64,000 nucleotides of DNA from Zancudomyces culisetae HAW-14-8 (GCA_052426225.1 JBNJNM010000011.1:4464001-4528000), one strand, 5' to 3'; counted from the stretch's first letter, positions 47,906 to 62,082 are shown. The notes: generated by a model not told the origin, from the letters alone. Made by a program: numbers and translations.

Positions 47906-50900
47906 TATCTTTTACTACTGATTACATTTTTCGTATTTTTATCTTGAATTGATTAAATTTTATTCCCAATTAAAACATACTAGCTTGTGTCAACCAGCAC
48001 GGAATCTCTTACCTGCTAGAAGGGACCTTTTTAGCTTGCACTAATACTTGGGTTGCTTATACTAATTTACTTTTACCAGACACAGAATAGAATGTCTTCC
48101 ATTCTGTAGCCGTTTGGGAAAGGCAAACTATTGAGAGTTATCTATTTTTATCGCAATCTTTCCTTCGTGTACTAATTATAAAGGCGAGTATTTACCATAT
48201 GGTATATTGTCCCCATAAGATTAATCATATGAAACTAACCGTTTGCCACAAATATCCTTGGTATTGAACAAGATTGTACCAATACTTTATTTTCAATTTA
48301 ATATATCAATAAGCGAGTTACTCAATTCTCAAATAAAACATTGTTAAAAAAAAGAAGGAAGGGGGGATAACTCCAATTCCCTCTTAACATCTAACTTCTC
48401 TTCAAGCCAACGCTATACGAGCATAAATACATATCGTTTGATTTTTGAATTAGCTGTGGTCGTTTTTGACATATATTAATCTTGGTATGGCCATTACACA
48501 CTTCTACATATACATACACTAGGTGAGTAGCCCCTTTATGGTTAGATTAAATTGACATGTATTGAAATTTGTGAATAATATGCTTCCTCTTTTTTCAGGT
48601 ATATAGTTTTTAGTCTTTAACTGGTGTATTCGAAAAAAACATTGGGAGACCAGCGGTTACTGCAACTTTTCCAAAGAATATGTGTCAACTGGAGAAGAGA
48701 AGCCCCCATCCTTCCTCTTTTTGACCCTAAGTACCGGTCTATCAATATATATATATACCACTAAGCTACTGGGGTTCTTTTGTAAACCTACTATCATAGT
48801 TTTGGTATTTTTATTTCAGGAAGAAGTGGTAGGGATGGATATATACCAGTAACAAATATATGGTCCCCTCGTCATTAAGATCTTGTTTTAATGTTGAATC
48901 ATTAATGTAGATATAATGAGGGGAGGGAAAGGGAAGGGGGAGGGCGAGGGCGATACCAGAGCCTTTTGGAATATCGGTTTTTGCCAACTCCTTCATCTAT
49001 TGAGAGCAACCTAATGCTGCGCTGCTTTGAAACAGTTTAATGATATTGGTAGTTTATATATGGAGAATAGTCTTTTGGGTAATTCACAGGGTTTTTGCAT
49101 ACATAATTGTTGTTACATTCACATAACTAGTCTTCTGGTTTGTCTTGAAGGTATTTTTGACTAAATGCGAACTCGCTTTACGTGTCATTATGGATGACTT
49201 CCTAGAGTATATCTAATACACAGCAGTGTTCACAGCCCTTTTAACTTGAACGGATATGTTTATATTTACCAATTACTCTTCTGTTTTTGGATTATGATTT
49301 GTGAAGCCTTTCATGCATCAATAAAACCCGAGTATTATTTTTTCTTAGTTACAAGGATAATATATTACTACAATCGGCCATTTTACTTTCCAATAAGTTG
49401 GACTATTTCCTTTTCCAAATTTTGCAAAGATAAAGGTGTTCTCAAAACGCACATATGTACACACACTAATTATTGGCGAGCTTTTACAAATTCTTTTTGT
49501 AATTTGTGAGGTTCCAATTACAATTCCCATTCAATTAGCGGCTGGGTAGCCACATAAACCCAACTATTGCTAGTGTTACACAAAAATTATGTAAACAATA
49601 TTCGACATCTTCATGTTTGTAAAATTTTGATTTATTTTCCAAATGTGGAAGCTGGATTTACAATCATACAATTACGATGTTTGTATGATGAAAAATCAAT
49701 CACACCTATTTGGCTCCTTTTTGTGTAAATCTTCGAATTAATACTCTGTTCAATAAGGTTTGACTTTTTTAACTTTTGTTTCCCCCCTGCACCCCTAAAA
49801 TCTTACGATTTACCTGTTGCTGTGATGGTTTTCCTTAATAAGTGTGTTACCATAGACTGATTAGCTAATTTGCCAGTTCACCAGCAAAAGTGTCAAAATG
49901 CTCCATGGTACTTTTAACTGTAACACTATTTAGTAACAAAGACGAGTTTCTATTCATTAGAATTGCTCGAATGTTGCCCACTTTTTTAATGCCAGATTTC
50001 TATATTATTTGAATTGCTTGATCACATAACTGTATAATCACATCTGAGGCAAATTGAAAATGTCTTTTTTTTTTCACTCATCTTGGATTTCTTTTGCCAT
50101 AATGTTGCATTTACGGTAATATCCTGAGTTGTGCTTGGTAATTATTTTTGTAGCATACAAGGCGCGAGCTGTATATGTAAGCTGACTAATTAGTTTTTCT
50201 TCAAGCAACTCACCTGCTCTTTATTTAGAATACACTTATAACAGATAAATCGGCCTAAAAGCTTCATTGTTGTCATGGGTACTTTTGTGATTGGTTTGAT
50301 TTGGTTTAGCTCGGTGAATTATACTCTACTTTATGTTCCGATACTTTTCCCATCTATAAAAATAGTACGAGAAGAAATGTTAGGCCAATCAAAATAAAAC
50401 TTGCTCTGGAGTCTGATGTTTTTACTTTTTTCACAGATGAACATTGTAGGTCACATGCGAAGTGTTTCATGCTATGGACTTGTACACAAACCTGCTGTAG
50501 TCTTCCTAAAATACACCTAGAAATACTACTTTTAGTTCACTACACCCAAGCCAGTTAGCTTTACTGTTTTGTTTTTTTTCTCGATATACTTTTATATATT
50601 GAGATATTCATTTCTCTCAACGATATGCAGCTACAAGTCCCAGAAATAACAAATACATAAAACTATTCAGCACTAAAGTTTCCCTTCCTCCCTTTTCATT
50701 AATGTATGCAAAAACAACAAGCAACGAAGTCTACGCGATTTTTGGTGTTTTTGGCTTAAGTTTTGTTTAGTACAAACCTGTTTGATGCTTAATGTCATCA
50801 TCTTTTATTTTTTTATTGTTGTGGCTAACACCTTTTTTTCAAGCAATGTGTAACCATCTACATATATTTAAATAAGTACGCTCAAGCAATGAAAATTGCT

Positions 50901-52606
50901 TGTGCAACAATGGTCATATATCATCCCGTCCCCCTATTCGTATCCCTGCGTATACATATCTTATTATTTATCGATAATTAGCTATGTATAGCCTACAGTA
51001 AATTTTCCTATCCCTATAATTGTAACCATGTCATCTACTAACTATTAGGATTTTTTTTTACCAAGATAAAACATACTTAGTGGCATAGCTTTATTGCAGT
51101 TTTTTGTGGAGATATGCAACTTGCCAGCGGTCGTTAGTTTTTAGTGCTTATTGTATATCTGAAACATAATTAGGGCTAGTTTGTAATTACCTATTGTTTA
51201 GCTGCCCCTATTGTGGATGTCACAAATAAAAACATTACTTTTTTTTTCTCCAAAATATATGATATTAGTATTTGCTGAACATTAACTCAGCCGCCTGAAT
51301 TGTACTGTCTCAGCTTACTGTTTATTTCTAATTCAAAACACAAGAATTTGTTCACAACTAGAAATATGTGTAGGTTTTGATTCGATTGTGTTGAATTCCG
51401 AATTGACGAATCTACACAATCATTAAAAAAGTTGGCACAACAATTATGGCATTATCTTGCCATGAATTTCATTGGAACATTGCAACACAAAATAAAAGGT
51501 GATAAAAACCCCAATCGGGAACTAGTAAGTACAATGACCCGATTTTGCATGGGGTTTGTAATGGGAAATTAACATGTCATCCATATTGCTCTTTTTATAC
51601 AAATTTGAAACGCTCATCTAATTCTGGTGAAACACAAGCAAATACCAAAAATACCTTTAAAATGCAAATACCCGATGTTTTTTAATAAAAAAAATTGACG
51701 ATTTTCTTTATGAATTTCTCGTCTACTTAATTTCGGTGTAACATCAAGCATGTTTTGGTAAAATATCCAATGTTTTATGTAAGGGACCAAAAAGAAAACA
51801 GTTCTTGGGAAGCTGGGGTTTTCTCTAATTATAGATACATTTTTCCTTTTTACCACTCATGGTGTCACTGTGTTTTTGCCAAAAGTAGATTTTTATTCAT
51901 GAAATATATAACTTGATACCCATTTAAAAAAAAAAGCAAATGGAACTCGTCTGTTGAGTTTCCACCCGCAGCATCTAGAAAGAATTCATCTACTGACCCC
52001 TTTACATTTCGAAAAGACCTCTAAATGATGTGATGCCACCAGTGAAAAAGAGTCAGCGTGTTATGAGTGGATTATAAACGACACGGGCGTGTTTTGTAAA
52101 TCCCTTCCTGGACTCTGCCTACTGCCACACTTAGCCTTTTGGATATACTCTGATATTTTGCCTGGATGTATCTCATTTATATGCAATTATTAACTGGGGA
52201 AAATATATTGGATTCATCTGCTTTTCATGGGGATAATTATAATTATTCGCACATTCTTCCCTCCACTTTGAAAAAATAAAGTGAGCATTGCTGAGCACAT
52301 CCAATTGTCATATGCTCTGATTAGATCACGCGATTTGCTGGCTAGATTCTATTCATGTTACACCAACAATCAATGACGGGCGCTAAAAAAAAAGCTGCAC
52401 TAGAATTTGCGTGTAGTATTGACCAGCAAAAAAAAAATTTTAGATCCTTCACAAAAGTGCCGAATTTACCAATTTGTTACATCATATAGTTTATTTTAAA
52501 AAAAGAACATCAAGAAAAGGCTGCTATACACTCCTGTAGTAACAAACGTGCGCAACACTACCATTATAAAATAATACTACTAGCTTTTGTACGTGAATTG
52601 AGCAAA

Positions 52607-53273
52607 ATGGGCCAGAAAACAGTGCCTATTAAGGATTTCAGACCAATGATGCGGGGATTCGATTGCGAATTTATAGTCTTGGAATGTTGTAAGTCTTGTC
52701 ATAATCATAGTTTTATTCAATGTTTATGAAATCAAATATCTTTTTTCAAGTCGAACATCTTTAAATAAGGATTTCTAATAGCTACTCCAAACAAAGTAAG
52801 AGATGGCTCTGTAATATACAAATTCAAAGTGGCCGACAGCTCTGGAAGTATCATTTTGAATGTTTGGGGAAATGACGGTCAATACATTAAAAATGGGGAT
52901 ATTCTTAGAGTTGAGGGGGCGTAAGTTATCTACAGAATTTGATTATATTTGTAGAATTTAGAGGCTACTAGCATAAAAAAGTATGAATTAGCCTCTTTAT
53001 ATAAAAAAATACTAAAAAAATAACAAAATTCTACTAAAATGTGGTTTTGGTAGCGAGGCCAGGCTGTTCAAAAACGTATTACAAGTTTCTATAACACGCT
53101 ATGGAAAAATTAAAAAGCTTGGGGAGAACAACATGGAGTTTAAGGAGTTTCCAAATTTTAGTGATTTTCAATGGGTCAGCGAGGAAGAAAAGGTACGGAT
53201 AGACGCAGAAGCCAACAAAAATATTCTTTCCAGCCTCAAAGCTGGAGCAGGAGTCAGCAATTCCACAGAATAA
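52607..53273 (+). CDS. SOSS complex subunit B (hSSB1/NABP-like single OB-fold ssDNA-binding protein), 3 exons, about 146 aa
   Basis: Not in the ORF track. Exons 52607-52688, 52782-52920, 53054-53273 (GTAAGT donors, TAG acceptors, 441 nt). Protein MGQKTVPIKDFRPMMRGFDCEFIVLECSTPNKVRDGSVIYKFKVADSSGSIILNVWGNDGQYIKNGDILRVEGAEARLFKNVLQVSITRYGKIKKLGENNMEFKEFPNFSDFQW..., collinear with hSSB1 (FIVLE, KVADKTGSINISVW, GDIIRL, QKIGE, EVPNFS). Confidence 0.88.
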
Positions 53274-53532
53274 TTTTTCTCTTCTTAGCATGCTAAACTA
53301 CAAGCCTGGAACATCGCACAAATTATCCAATCCTCTTTATTGACATGATTATAGATGACAGTGAACAAAGTCATTGAGATGTTTGGTTATATAGGGAGCT
53401 TCAAAACAAGTAGATATACTTCTAATTCCAGTACATGTTCAAGTAACCTTTTTAACAGGGACGCTTTTAGTCTAACATAGAGTTTACTTTAAATAATATA
53501 CAACGTAGAAAATAGTTAATAAAGTACAAAGT

Positions 53533-54249
53533 TTATAGAAATCTAATTCTTTTTGCTGGCTGCTCGTCACTGGGTAGTAGAAAATTAAAGGGATCAGACG
53601 GCCGCTTGCCATATAACGAAAAGTCGCAGGACTCTGTGGAGTGGATAAGATCTTTAAGATGGATTTTTCGCCTGTGGTTAGAGTGACGAGGACTTGAAGA
53701 CTTTTTTCTATTATGTGGCAACGGAATAGGGAATGTAAATCCATCAGTGATTGTGGAGATAGTAGGAAGAGAGTTAACTTGGTTCACATCTGATGAAGTA
53801 TATTTAAGTTCAGGCAAAGAAATACAATCGTCTCCGGGGTAATACTGAAATACATCCCTAATTCCATGGTTTAAGGGTTCGCTTTCTTTTTCTAATACAG
53901 GGCCTTCAACTATTTTCTCTTCAATATACTTTCTTCCATCGTTGAAGCGTATCTTCAATGCGGGCTCCTGGTTCCCAAGCGTATATCTGTTGTCTTCCGA
54001 TATCCATTCATCTTCGGAGTCACTCGAGGATCCAATTGTACATGCCTCCACAGTTTCTATTAACTTGATCCTAAAACAGTTCAACATCGCCTCTGCCAGC
54101 ACAGGTTTTACGGTCTTTTTGTCTGCAAGCCTTTCATACTTTTTGGGTAGTGTTCGTAGTTTTTCTGAACACCAACTATATGATGGAATATGATCTCTTG
54201 ATTTTTTAGTAACTTGGTACATTTTGTTGTCGTTTGAAAGCTGTAGCAT
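53533..54249 (-). CDS. Hypothetical protein (238 aa) with C-terminal basic NLS-like motif
   Basis: Open 717-bp ORF with ATG, acidic patch SSSDSEDE, C-terminal PAKRIRFL; no family recognised. Confidence 0.6.
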   Translation of the reverse strand: MLQLSNDNKMYQVTKKSRDHIPSYSWCSEKLRTLPKKYERLADKKTVKPVLAEAMLNCFRIKLIETVEACTIGSSSDSEDEWISEDNRYTLGNQEPALKIRFNDGRKYIEEKIVEGPVLEKESEPLNHGIRDVFQYYPGDDCISLPELKYTSSDVNQVNSLPTISTITDGFTFPIPLPHNRKKSSSPRHSNHRRKIHLKDLIHSTESCDFSLYGKRPSDPFNFLLPSDEQPAKRIRFL

Positions 54250-57200
54250 AATATATTGAATAGGGTGTTCTTGTAAAGTCAGTATGTTCTAAGACACTAA
54301 TGGTCGGACCTTGTGGTTATTGTTGTTGTTCCGAAGATGTGATAATTTGCTAGATGTCTGTTATATATTTTTTTTTGTTGGTATGTATCTGTGAAACCTT
54401 TTGCGTTCATTACACCGTTTTTAATGCGTATTTTTAATTCCAAACCCTTTCTTACGCTTCTATAAATTTATGTATCGACAAAAAACAAAAGTCGAAGCAC
54501 CTGAATGTTCTTTAGAATGTATTTTATTTCTGACAAGCTTCTGTTTTTCCGCCCCAAAATCAACGTCGCTGCTTTAAGAAGTCGAGTATTAGCCTAATTT
54601 CCAATTCTGTACCTTGTATTTTGCAAGTATCTACCAAGAAAAAAACTAAATTAAACAAAAAGAACAAGCCAGAATAAAACAAGCTCGCTTTTGCATGTAT
54701 TTCTATAATAATCAAATAATTGCCCTGATGGTTTCCTCTATACTATTTTAGCCTTTTCAAGTATATGTATGTAGTCAAGTTTAGATTGAAATAATCTCCC
54801 CACTCTTTTATATTACACAAGATACAAGATATTTTAGTCTAAAATCCCAGGGCTTCTTTAACTAAGGTATAAGCTCCCTATATGTGGTTCACTCTTTTTG
54901 GTTTTTCTATAATACTAAATATTTGGCAGTATTGTGTTTCAAGCTACTCCTTGAAACCTGTAGTAAATTATTATAAAGTGAGCCCTCGTCCAGAACAATA
55001 ATGTTGTTTAAAAAAATGATGTTCAAAGAATAAAAGAAAAAACTGGTTTACTAAATTTCCTCCTTTGAAGGTCTTGTTTATACGAGGCCAGAACTAGATG
55101 CCAAAATATATTTTTCCGTTCAAGCTCGAGACCCACAAGAGAAAATAGTAAACAGATTTTCAAAATATACGTCAACTTATTTTGTGAATCACAAAATTTT
55201 TAATTATGGTAATTTTGTGAAATAATTAAATGGACGTGCTTACAAATTTATAGTATTATTTTTGGTAATTATAGTAAATTTATAATTTTATGTAATTCTT
55301 TTTTTAACTAAAAAATGCTCATCACTGTAGCTAATAATGGCGAGAAATTGTTCAAAGGGCTTAATTAGTAAAATCCTTATCGGCCTGAACAGGCCTATCT
55401 TGTACATGTATATTTTGCAAAAAAAATAAATAAATAACAATAATAATAATACACTAGTCAATTGCCATTATAGTACAATCAGTATTACCATCACTCTTAT
55501 CTCTGGTTTGAACCTTTACATTTTCTTTATTTTCTCTGACCCTCCATTTTGTTCAATTGATTGTATACCCTGGTATGGGGTTAGATTTTTTAATTTAGCT
55601 ACACCTTTCTCACATATCAGGGCTTGTAGTTTACGACCAATGCTAATAACCATTCTTTTTCCTTAGTGAATTGAATTCTTTGTATTTAGCGTTCAATTAA
55701 GGCATATATTTTGATTTTATTCATGCGATATCCCATTTTTCCAAACAAACGTAATTTGGGATAAAAAAATTCGCACCATTGTTGTAGATAGATTTGTGCC
55801 AGTCCATAGTCATTGTGTAAAATAAGTTAAGTGTAAATAGAGAAAGCGGTAATATACATTGTTTAGTGTATTTATTCAAACTGACATTCCCCCCCTCCCT
55901 CCCCTTTCTCCTCCCCACTGCTCCACTCCTTCACCCTTTCACTTCTTCACTCGTCATTGTTTTTATTATCACCACGATCAACAAAACAATTCATCAATTT
56001 CCTAGCAGAATGCCGCTTTACATTTATGCAATTTTCAGGTTTATATTCTATTTTATTAACGTAAAAATAATATCATTATTTTTTTTGGATAATTCACGAA
56101 AAATACAACACAGATATTTTACCAGCCTTTTTTCATTATCACAAAATTTGGTACGATGCACTAGAACATTTTTTTCTCATTAAATATCAAACGTTCTGCG
56201 TTACAGCTACATAATCAATTAGATAATAATAATGCAAAAAACCCAAAATCCGATACTCTACTTGTTTGTATTATAGCTAATATATTCCAGCTTTGGTTTA
56301 ATTGCTTTTCATTTGTGTTACTTATGGTTGACCTGTTTGTCAAAAACTTCATTCAATTTACTAATTAATCTACGCTTTTGTAATGCATGATTTTATTGTT
56401 GTACAAACATTTTATTTATAGACATTTCACTCCAAGAAAATTCTTTACAAGATTTATATTAATTGCATCTATCTCATTTCAGTTATCCGCACCATTTAAT
56501 TACTCTTCAACAATTTCAAAGTAAATATTTCCATTTTTAAATAAAAATTAGAATGTTTACAGCCATTTAGCATTCTAATTTGTAAATCTTATCTAACAGT
56601 TTTTTTTTAAATTTATATAATTAATAAATAAAATATTGTAAACAAAGTCCCAACTTGATCACGCACACTCTGCGTTGCGTTACAATTGGCATATGTTCCT
56701 CTGACTCCTACAAATTGTTTCATTTTCTCATTGTGATTTCTTTGCCATTCTGTAATTTCCTCGCAGATTTTCCAATTTGTTTGGGTTTGATCACTAGCCC
56801 ATTTTAGTCTATTATTATTTCTATGACTTTATTGCCCATTTATGTTAATTAAAGGCCTAATTGCCGGGATTTTATTTTTGCACAAATATTCAAATAGGTG
56901 AGTTTATTTTTTTTAAGCATACCAATTCTATTGCAATTCATTAATTGACTTTGAAAAAAATACCCAAAAGGAAAGCTTAGGTCATTGTGCAAATCAAAAA
57001 TTAAATGCTAAAGTTACCGGTCGTGTCGATTTCTCTTTCCCTTATTTAGCTATTGTGACTCACTCTTTGCCAGAAATTTTGAATGAAGAAAATTTATGCG
57101 AATAATACCACTGGGAATATCACTGGACTCTAGCTATATTATATTCATGGCTAATTAGGGTAATTGATACATGAATGCGATAAGTGGGCTAGAGTTACAC

Positions 57201-60200
57201 TGGAGTTATCCAGATCAATCAATATACCAACATGAGTTGTCAACCCTCTGCCAATAACATGGCTCCAGTTGACACATCATTAGCATTGTGAGACACATGG
57301 GTACCTGATAGCATTATATCATCCAGTATATACACCCATAAGGACAGGTAGAAACTATTTTCCCATCTTACTTGGCTGTGCGTTACTTTTTTTTCTTTTT
57401 GCTCTCACATCTATGTCCGTGGCACATGGTCTAAAATATAAATCATCAGCGTAATTTCACTTCAGCTTAAATACAATTTTTTATTGTATATTTCACTTAG
57501 ACTGAGTTTTCTTGTCTAAGCTTGGTTCATATATTATCATCTTCACGCAACCTTTTCCTTTAGTGTTTTTATTCATCTGCACATTTACCCGCTACTTAAT
57601 TATTTTCCTTTATGTTCATGCATACTATCCGCCATAATTAAAGTTCATAATGAGATATCCATTAATGTGCCTAAATGTACATTCTTCCAGGTACTCCTAA
57701 AACGTGTTGAACTTGTACTATATCTAGACTCGTTATTATATCTTCACACTTCTATTGTTTCAACAAGAATTTTTTTAAATGCTAAAAGAATTTCAATCTG
57801 TTTCTTTCAATACAATTTCACTTTGATCTACGTCATCTCAGAGGTTAAAAATACATAAACTTTTAATCAAACGTGTATTTGTAGTTATTTGCTTGTTTCA
57901 ACTATATCTGCTCCCAAGCACATTTTATTAGTTTTAATTATTTTTAAGCGAGAACATATCCCATTACTTGTTTAGGTTTTTGATCATGAGGGCTTGAAGC
58001 TTATTCACTCCTATTCTACACGCTGCGTTAATTGTACAAACTATATTACCTAAGCTGAAAAACAGGATGACAGACTTGTGCTCTCTTTCCATACTTCCTC
58101 CTCCCAAAAAAAAGATGACAGGTTGGATAACTTTTATCTTTTATTCATTTTTATTATTAATGAAATTGCAGTTGATATATTGAAACTCGTGCCAGTTTCT
58201 TTTTAAATAAAAAAAGGTATCATGTGTATAAAAATAAGGACTACGTGTGATATATGTGCCCATTCCCAACTTTTAAAACCCCACTAATTTTTTGGTTAGA
58301 TATGTTATAGAACTCCAGTTGATTGTCAAAAAAAAAGGATACTCCACTGCAGTTGCTCCCCAGTTGTTTACTGGTGTGTAGTGGAGTTTAATGTATAGAC
58401 GTATTTTAATTCAACTGTTTTTTCACTTTGCACTATCTCCACATCTACACTTAATCAATGTTGCTCCTTTAATTGATTGAAGTGGCTTCAGATTTTGCTT
58501 CGCAAAATAAATGTTTTATCTGTAAAAAATAATACTGGAAATTCATTTAGTGGCGTAACAACGCTTGGATAAATGATGAACAGGAATATCTATGCTGAAT
58601 ATATTTTACTTCAAGTATTTTAACTACCGTTTACTTTTTAAAATTTGCAATAGTTTTATGTTTTAGCCCAATAGTGCCCCTGGTTCTTAACAAATACACA
58701 GGAATTCAAGTTGCATCGCAAAGTATAGTAAATTATAGGCTTGAGCAGCTGATGGTACTATATAAGTAAATGAGAAGGTAATACAAGCCATATTTACAGA
58801 TATACATCAAAACCTGGTCATCCAACCGTTCAACTACCCAATCATTGAACCACATAATCACAGAATTACACAGAATGTTAAACTGTCTACCACCTGACTC
58901 TGTTTCAAATCTTTAGCAGATTTTATTCAGGATTACTGCATTTAATTTGGTTTTACCAGCTGTGATTAAAGAAAATCATTCACTAAATGGTGATGGTTGT
59001 ATTTTCTGCTACTCAACAAACACAAGGCTCTGAAGTAATCATGGATAGTGGTATGCCAGTAAACTAGGTTCTATACATGTAATTTTACGCTGGTTGATAA
59101 TATTGACCACCATTACCTGTACCAGGTGAAGTTAGCTTACCTGAGCCTACTATGAATTTTTGTAGATGAAAATACTAACTACTGGTCAGCTTGTAGAAAA
59201 ATAATTTAGAACCTAGTATTATTCATCTCACTAATTAGCGCGATATCTTATGAGAAAAATATTGGAATAAGTTTAGGCACAAAAAAGAACTGATGTTTAT
59301 CATGCGGTTTACACAAACAGAAAACACCTTACTAACTCACAAGCTGATGTGTTTATGCTATATGTACTACTATTTTAAATGTACAATTAAATAACTTCAA
59401 CGGGATTATCATTTAAATGTAAATAAGCCGATGTGTACTCTGTAACTACGTGATACAAAATCATGAATGTCACATCAGTTACACATAGTGTATTAACTAT
59501 GGAAAATAATATAATTTAACCATTGTATTTTTGTACTAATTCTTGATACTGAATTTGACAACCTATTTTAAGAAATACTATTTCCACTGTTTTTTTTACC
59601 TAATAAAACTGTTTATCCAAGTTTATAAACAAAATGGAATCCAAAACTGCAAATCTGTGAATTCCGGTGAAATACATTGTCAGATCATTCATAGACCCAA
59701 CTATATGAGCTGTATGTATCCGCGGTAGCATTAACGGCTTAATTGTTGTGTTAGTCAAATCAGCCTCCTGAAATATGACAAGGAGGACACATGTTCATTA
59801 CTACAGCGCGAATACTCATAAGCATTTTTTCGCTATGTGAACTCAAATTTAAATGTGCAAAACGGTTTGAACTAATTGAACCGCATTCATTGAATTTTTT
59901 AAAAAAAAATTGGGTGAACCATAATAATGCTCTAGTGGTGTCAAATACACACTCTTCGGTTATAGATTACTTGCTTTTATTTTTCAGCACTAAAAAGCTA
60001 CTATTTTTTGGAACCAATACATAATCCATATCATTTATTTGAAAGAGCAGCCAAAAAAACAAATGGAAAAAAAATAAAGCCGAGAGCTGGGTTACAAGTT
60101 ATTATTATCACATGTTAACATTTGTAATTTATTTCCAATTCGTACATTCAAGCACTAAATACGTGACAACAGAAATAGTTAAAAAAACGCCCTATCATAG

Positions 60201-62082
60201 AATGGAGCGAACAAAGGATAACATTTCCCAACTGTGGTGGCTTCTGATGTGATTCATATACATATTTCTGTATAAAAAATATTCTTCACGAGTGTTTACG
60301 CATCAGTTGCGCCTAAACAAAATCTAAAACAAAGTGATATTGTGCAATAATGTCGATTAAAAATAGGGTACATCGTCCTGTAGTATTGTAGCTACCACAC
60401 CACATAAAAGATTAATAGAGAGAATGAGAGAGTTTACTTTATCAAAAGACGTAATATTTCAAATAATGAGCACAAGAAAAAAGGATTATGTGCGCTTTCA
60501 TAATTATATAAAACTATCAACACTTGATATCTCTTGTTACATTATTCCACATTCAACCTTGAGCACCACACATCCCCTCTGCTCCTCCCTATACCTGTTC
60601 TGAAAAATAAATAACGGTTTATAAGCATAGGAATCAAGTTTATCAAATACTGGTGTTCACGACACCTGCCTTTCATTAGCAGAACTGAGGTTATCACTCA
60701 ATAATACAGGCTTTAAACTATCAATTATACGCTTTTGTACATAATAGCGTACTTTCCTACAGCTGCCTTTTATTTTTCATCGAGTTAATTACACACAGGT
60801 GCATAAATTATAGCTAGGTACTTGCTTGATAATAAGGATGCTTTTTAATGTGCTATATACACCTTATAAACATGTCATTTTGCTAGCAATGCTTCATCCA
60901 CACCAACCCCACTAACACACATTTGCTCTGCACTTTTTCTATGTGTGTTGTAAGGATATTCCCATAAAAATAATCAAAAAACCAAATCTCTTCACAACTA
61001 CATGTTTTCTTGATCAATATAAACGAGAAATCAAAAATTATGCCCTGTATTTCCCTTTATTCTATTCTATATTCTCAAAAACATTTCAAATCATTACAAA
61101 CAGATATCAATACTACCTTGTATGTAAAAGAAAGCTTAGTGTAATGAAGTGAGGCTGGTAGTATAATAATAAACTTATTTCGAAGGTATTGCAGGTTGGT
61201 GGAGGGTAGGCATAATGCATCCATTAGTAGCTGGGGCTAACAGTATAGGATGAAAATGGAAGTGAGATGGTGAGGTGAGGTGAGATAGGTTGAGATAGGC
61301 TGAGGTTAGCTGAAGTAAGCTGAAACCACTAGTTCACAATACCAAAGAAAAGTACCAGGTGGCTAGAATGCCTGGCCATGCAAAGTGTAGTAAATAAAAA
61401 AAATACTCTGTATCATTATGGTAACTATTACAGTCGCTACAATGGTGGTTGTAATAATAGCACTATATATTCTATACATATGTACATCATTATGGTAAAC
61501 AGATAATATAAACTTTTGGCAAAAAAAAAACAAGTAATATTGTAACACTGGTTCTCGAGAGTTGCCCCTTCCAAGACATGTTTTGTAATAATGACGTTTC
61601 CATGTTTCATACACGGTCTATAGTTTTTGTGTGGGTTTATTACAAATTGCTTTGGTTGCAACCGGCTTGCTCATAGAAATGGCTGATATTGTGTAAGAAC
61701 GAGGGAGGGAGGGAGAGGGGGGGGGGATATATGTATATATATTTGAGGTATACATATTAGGTTTTGGAAGTGTAGCTAGTTGTCCAAAAAGGTATATTGT
61801 AAGTCAAAGGCTTGAAACGATGCATCAATATTTTAGTAACTTAGAAATATCCCCAACATCAACTTGGTGGAGTGTCGCATCTTTCACGATGTATTAATGC
61901 AACGCGTGTAAGAGTTAGTTCAAGGTTGTGTTAAAGAGGTAAACAAAATAGGGGGTAGTTATAATATATTACTAGGTAAGCAAACCATAAAAATAAATCA
62001 AACGAATAAATAAGGGGAATGTGATGTATTATATGAAAATAAAAAGCAATAAAGATAAAATCAAAAAGAGGAAATAGCTGTG

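Noticed and set aside
51912-52193. Plus-strand frame with a single in-frame TGA followed by TGT, considered as a selenoprotein because some early-diverging fungi use Sec
   Set aside because: No start codon after the upstream TAA, no redox-fold similarity, no recognisable SECIS. No selenoprotein or tRNA-Sec was seen elsewhere in the window.
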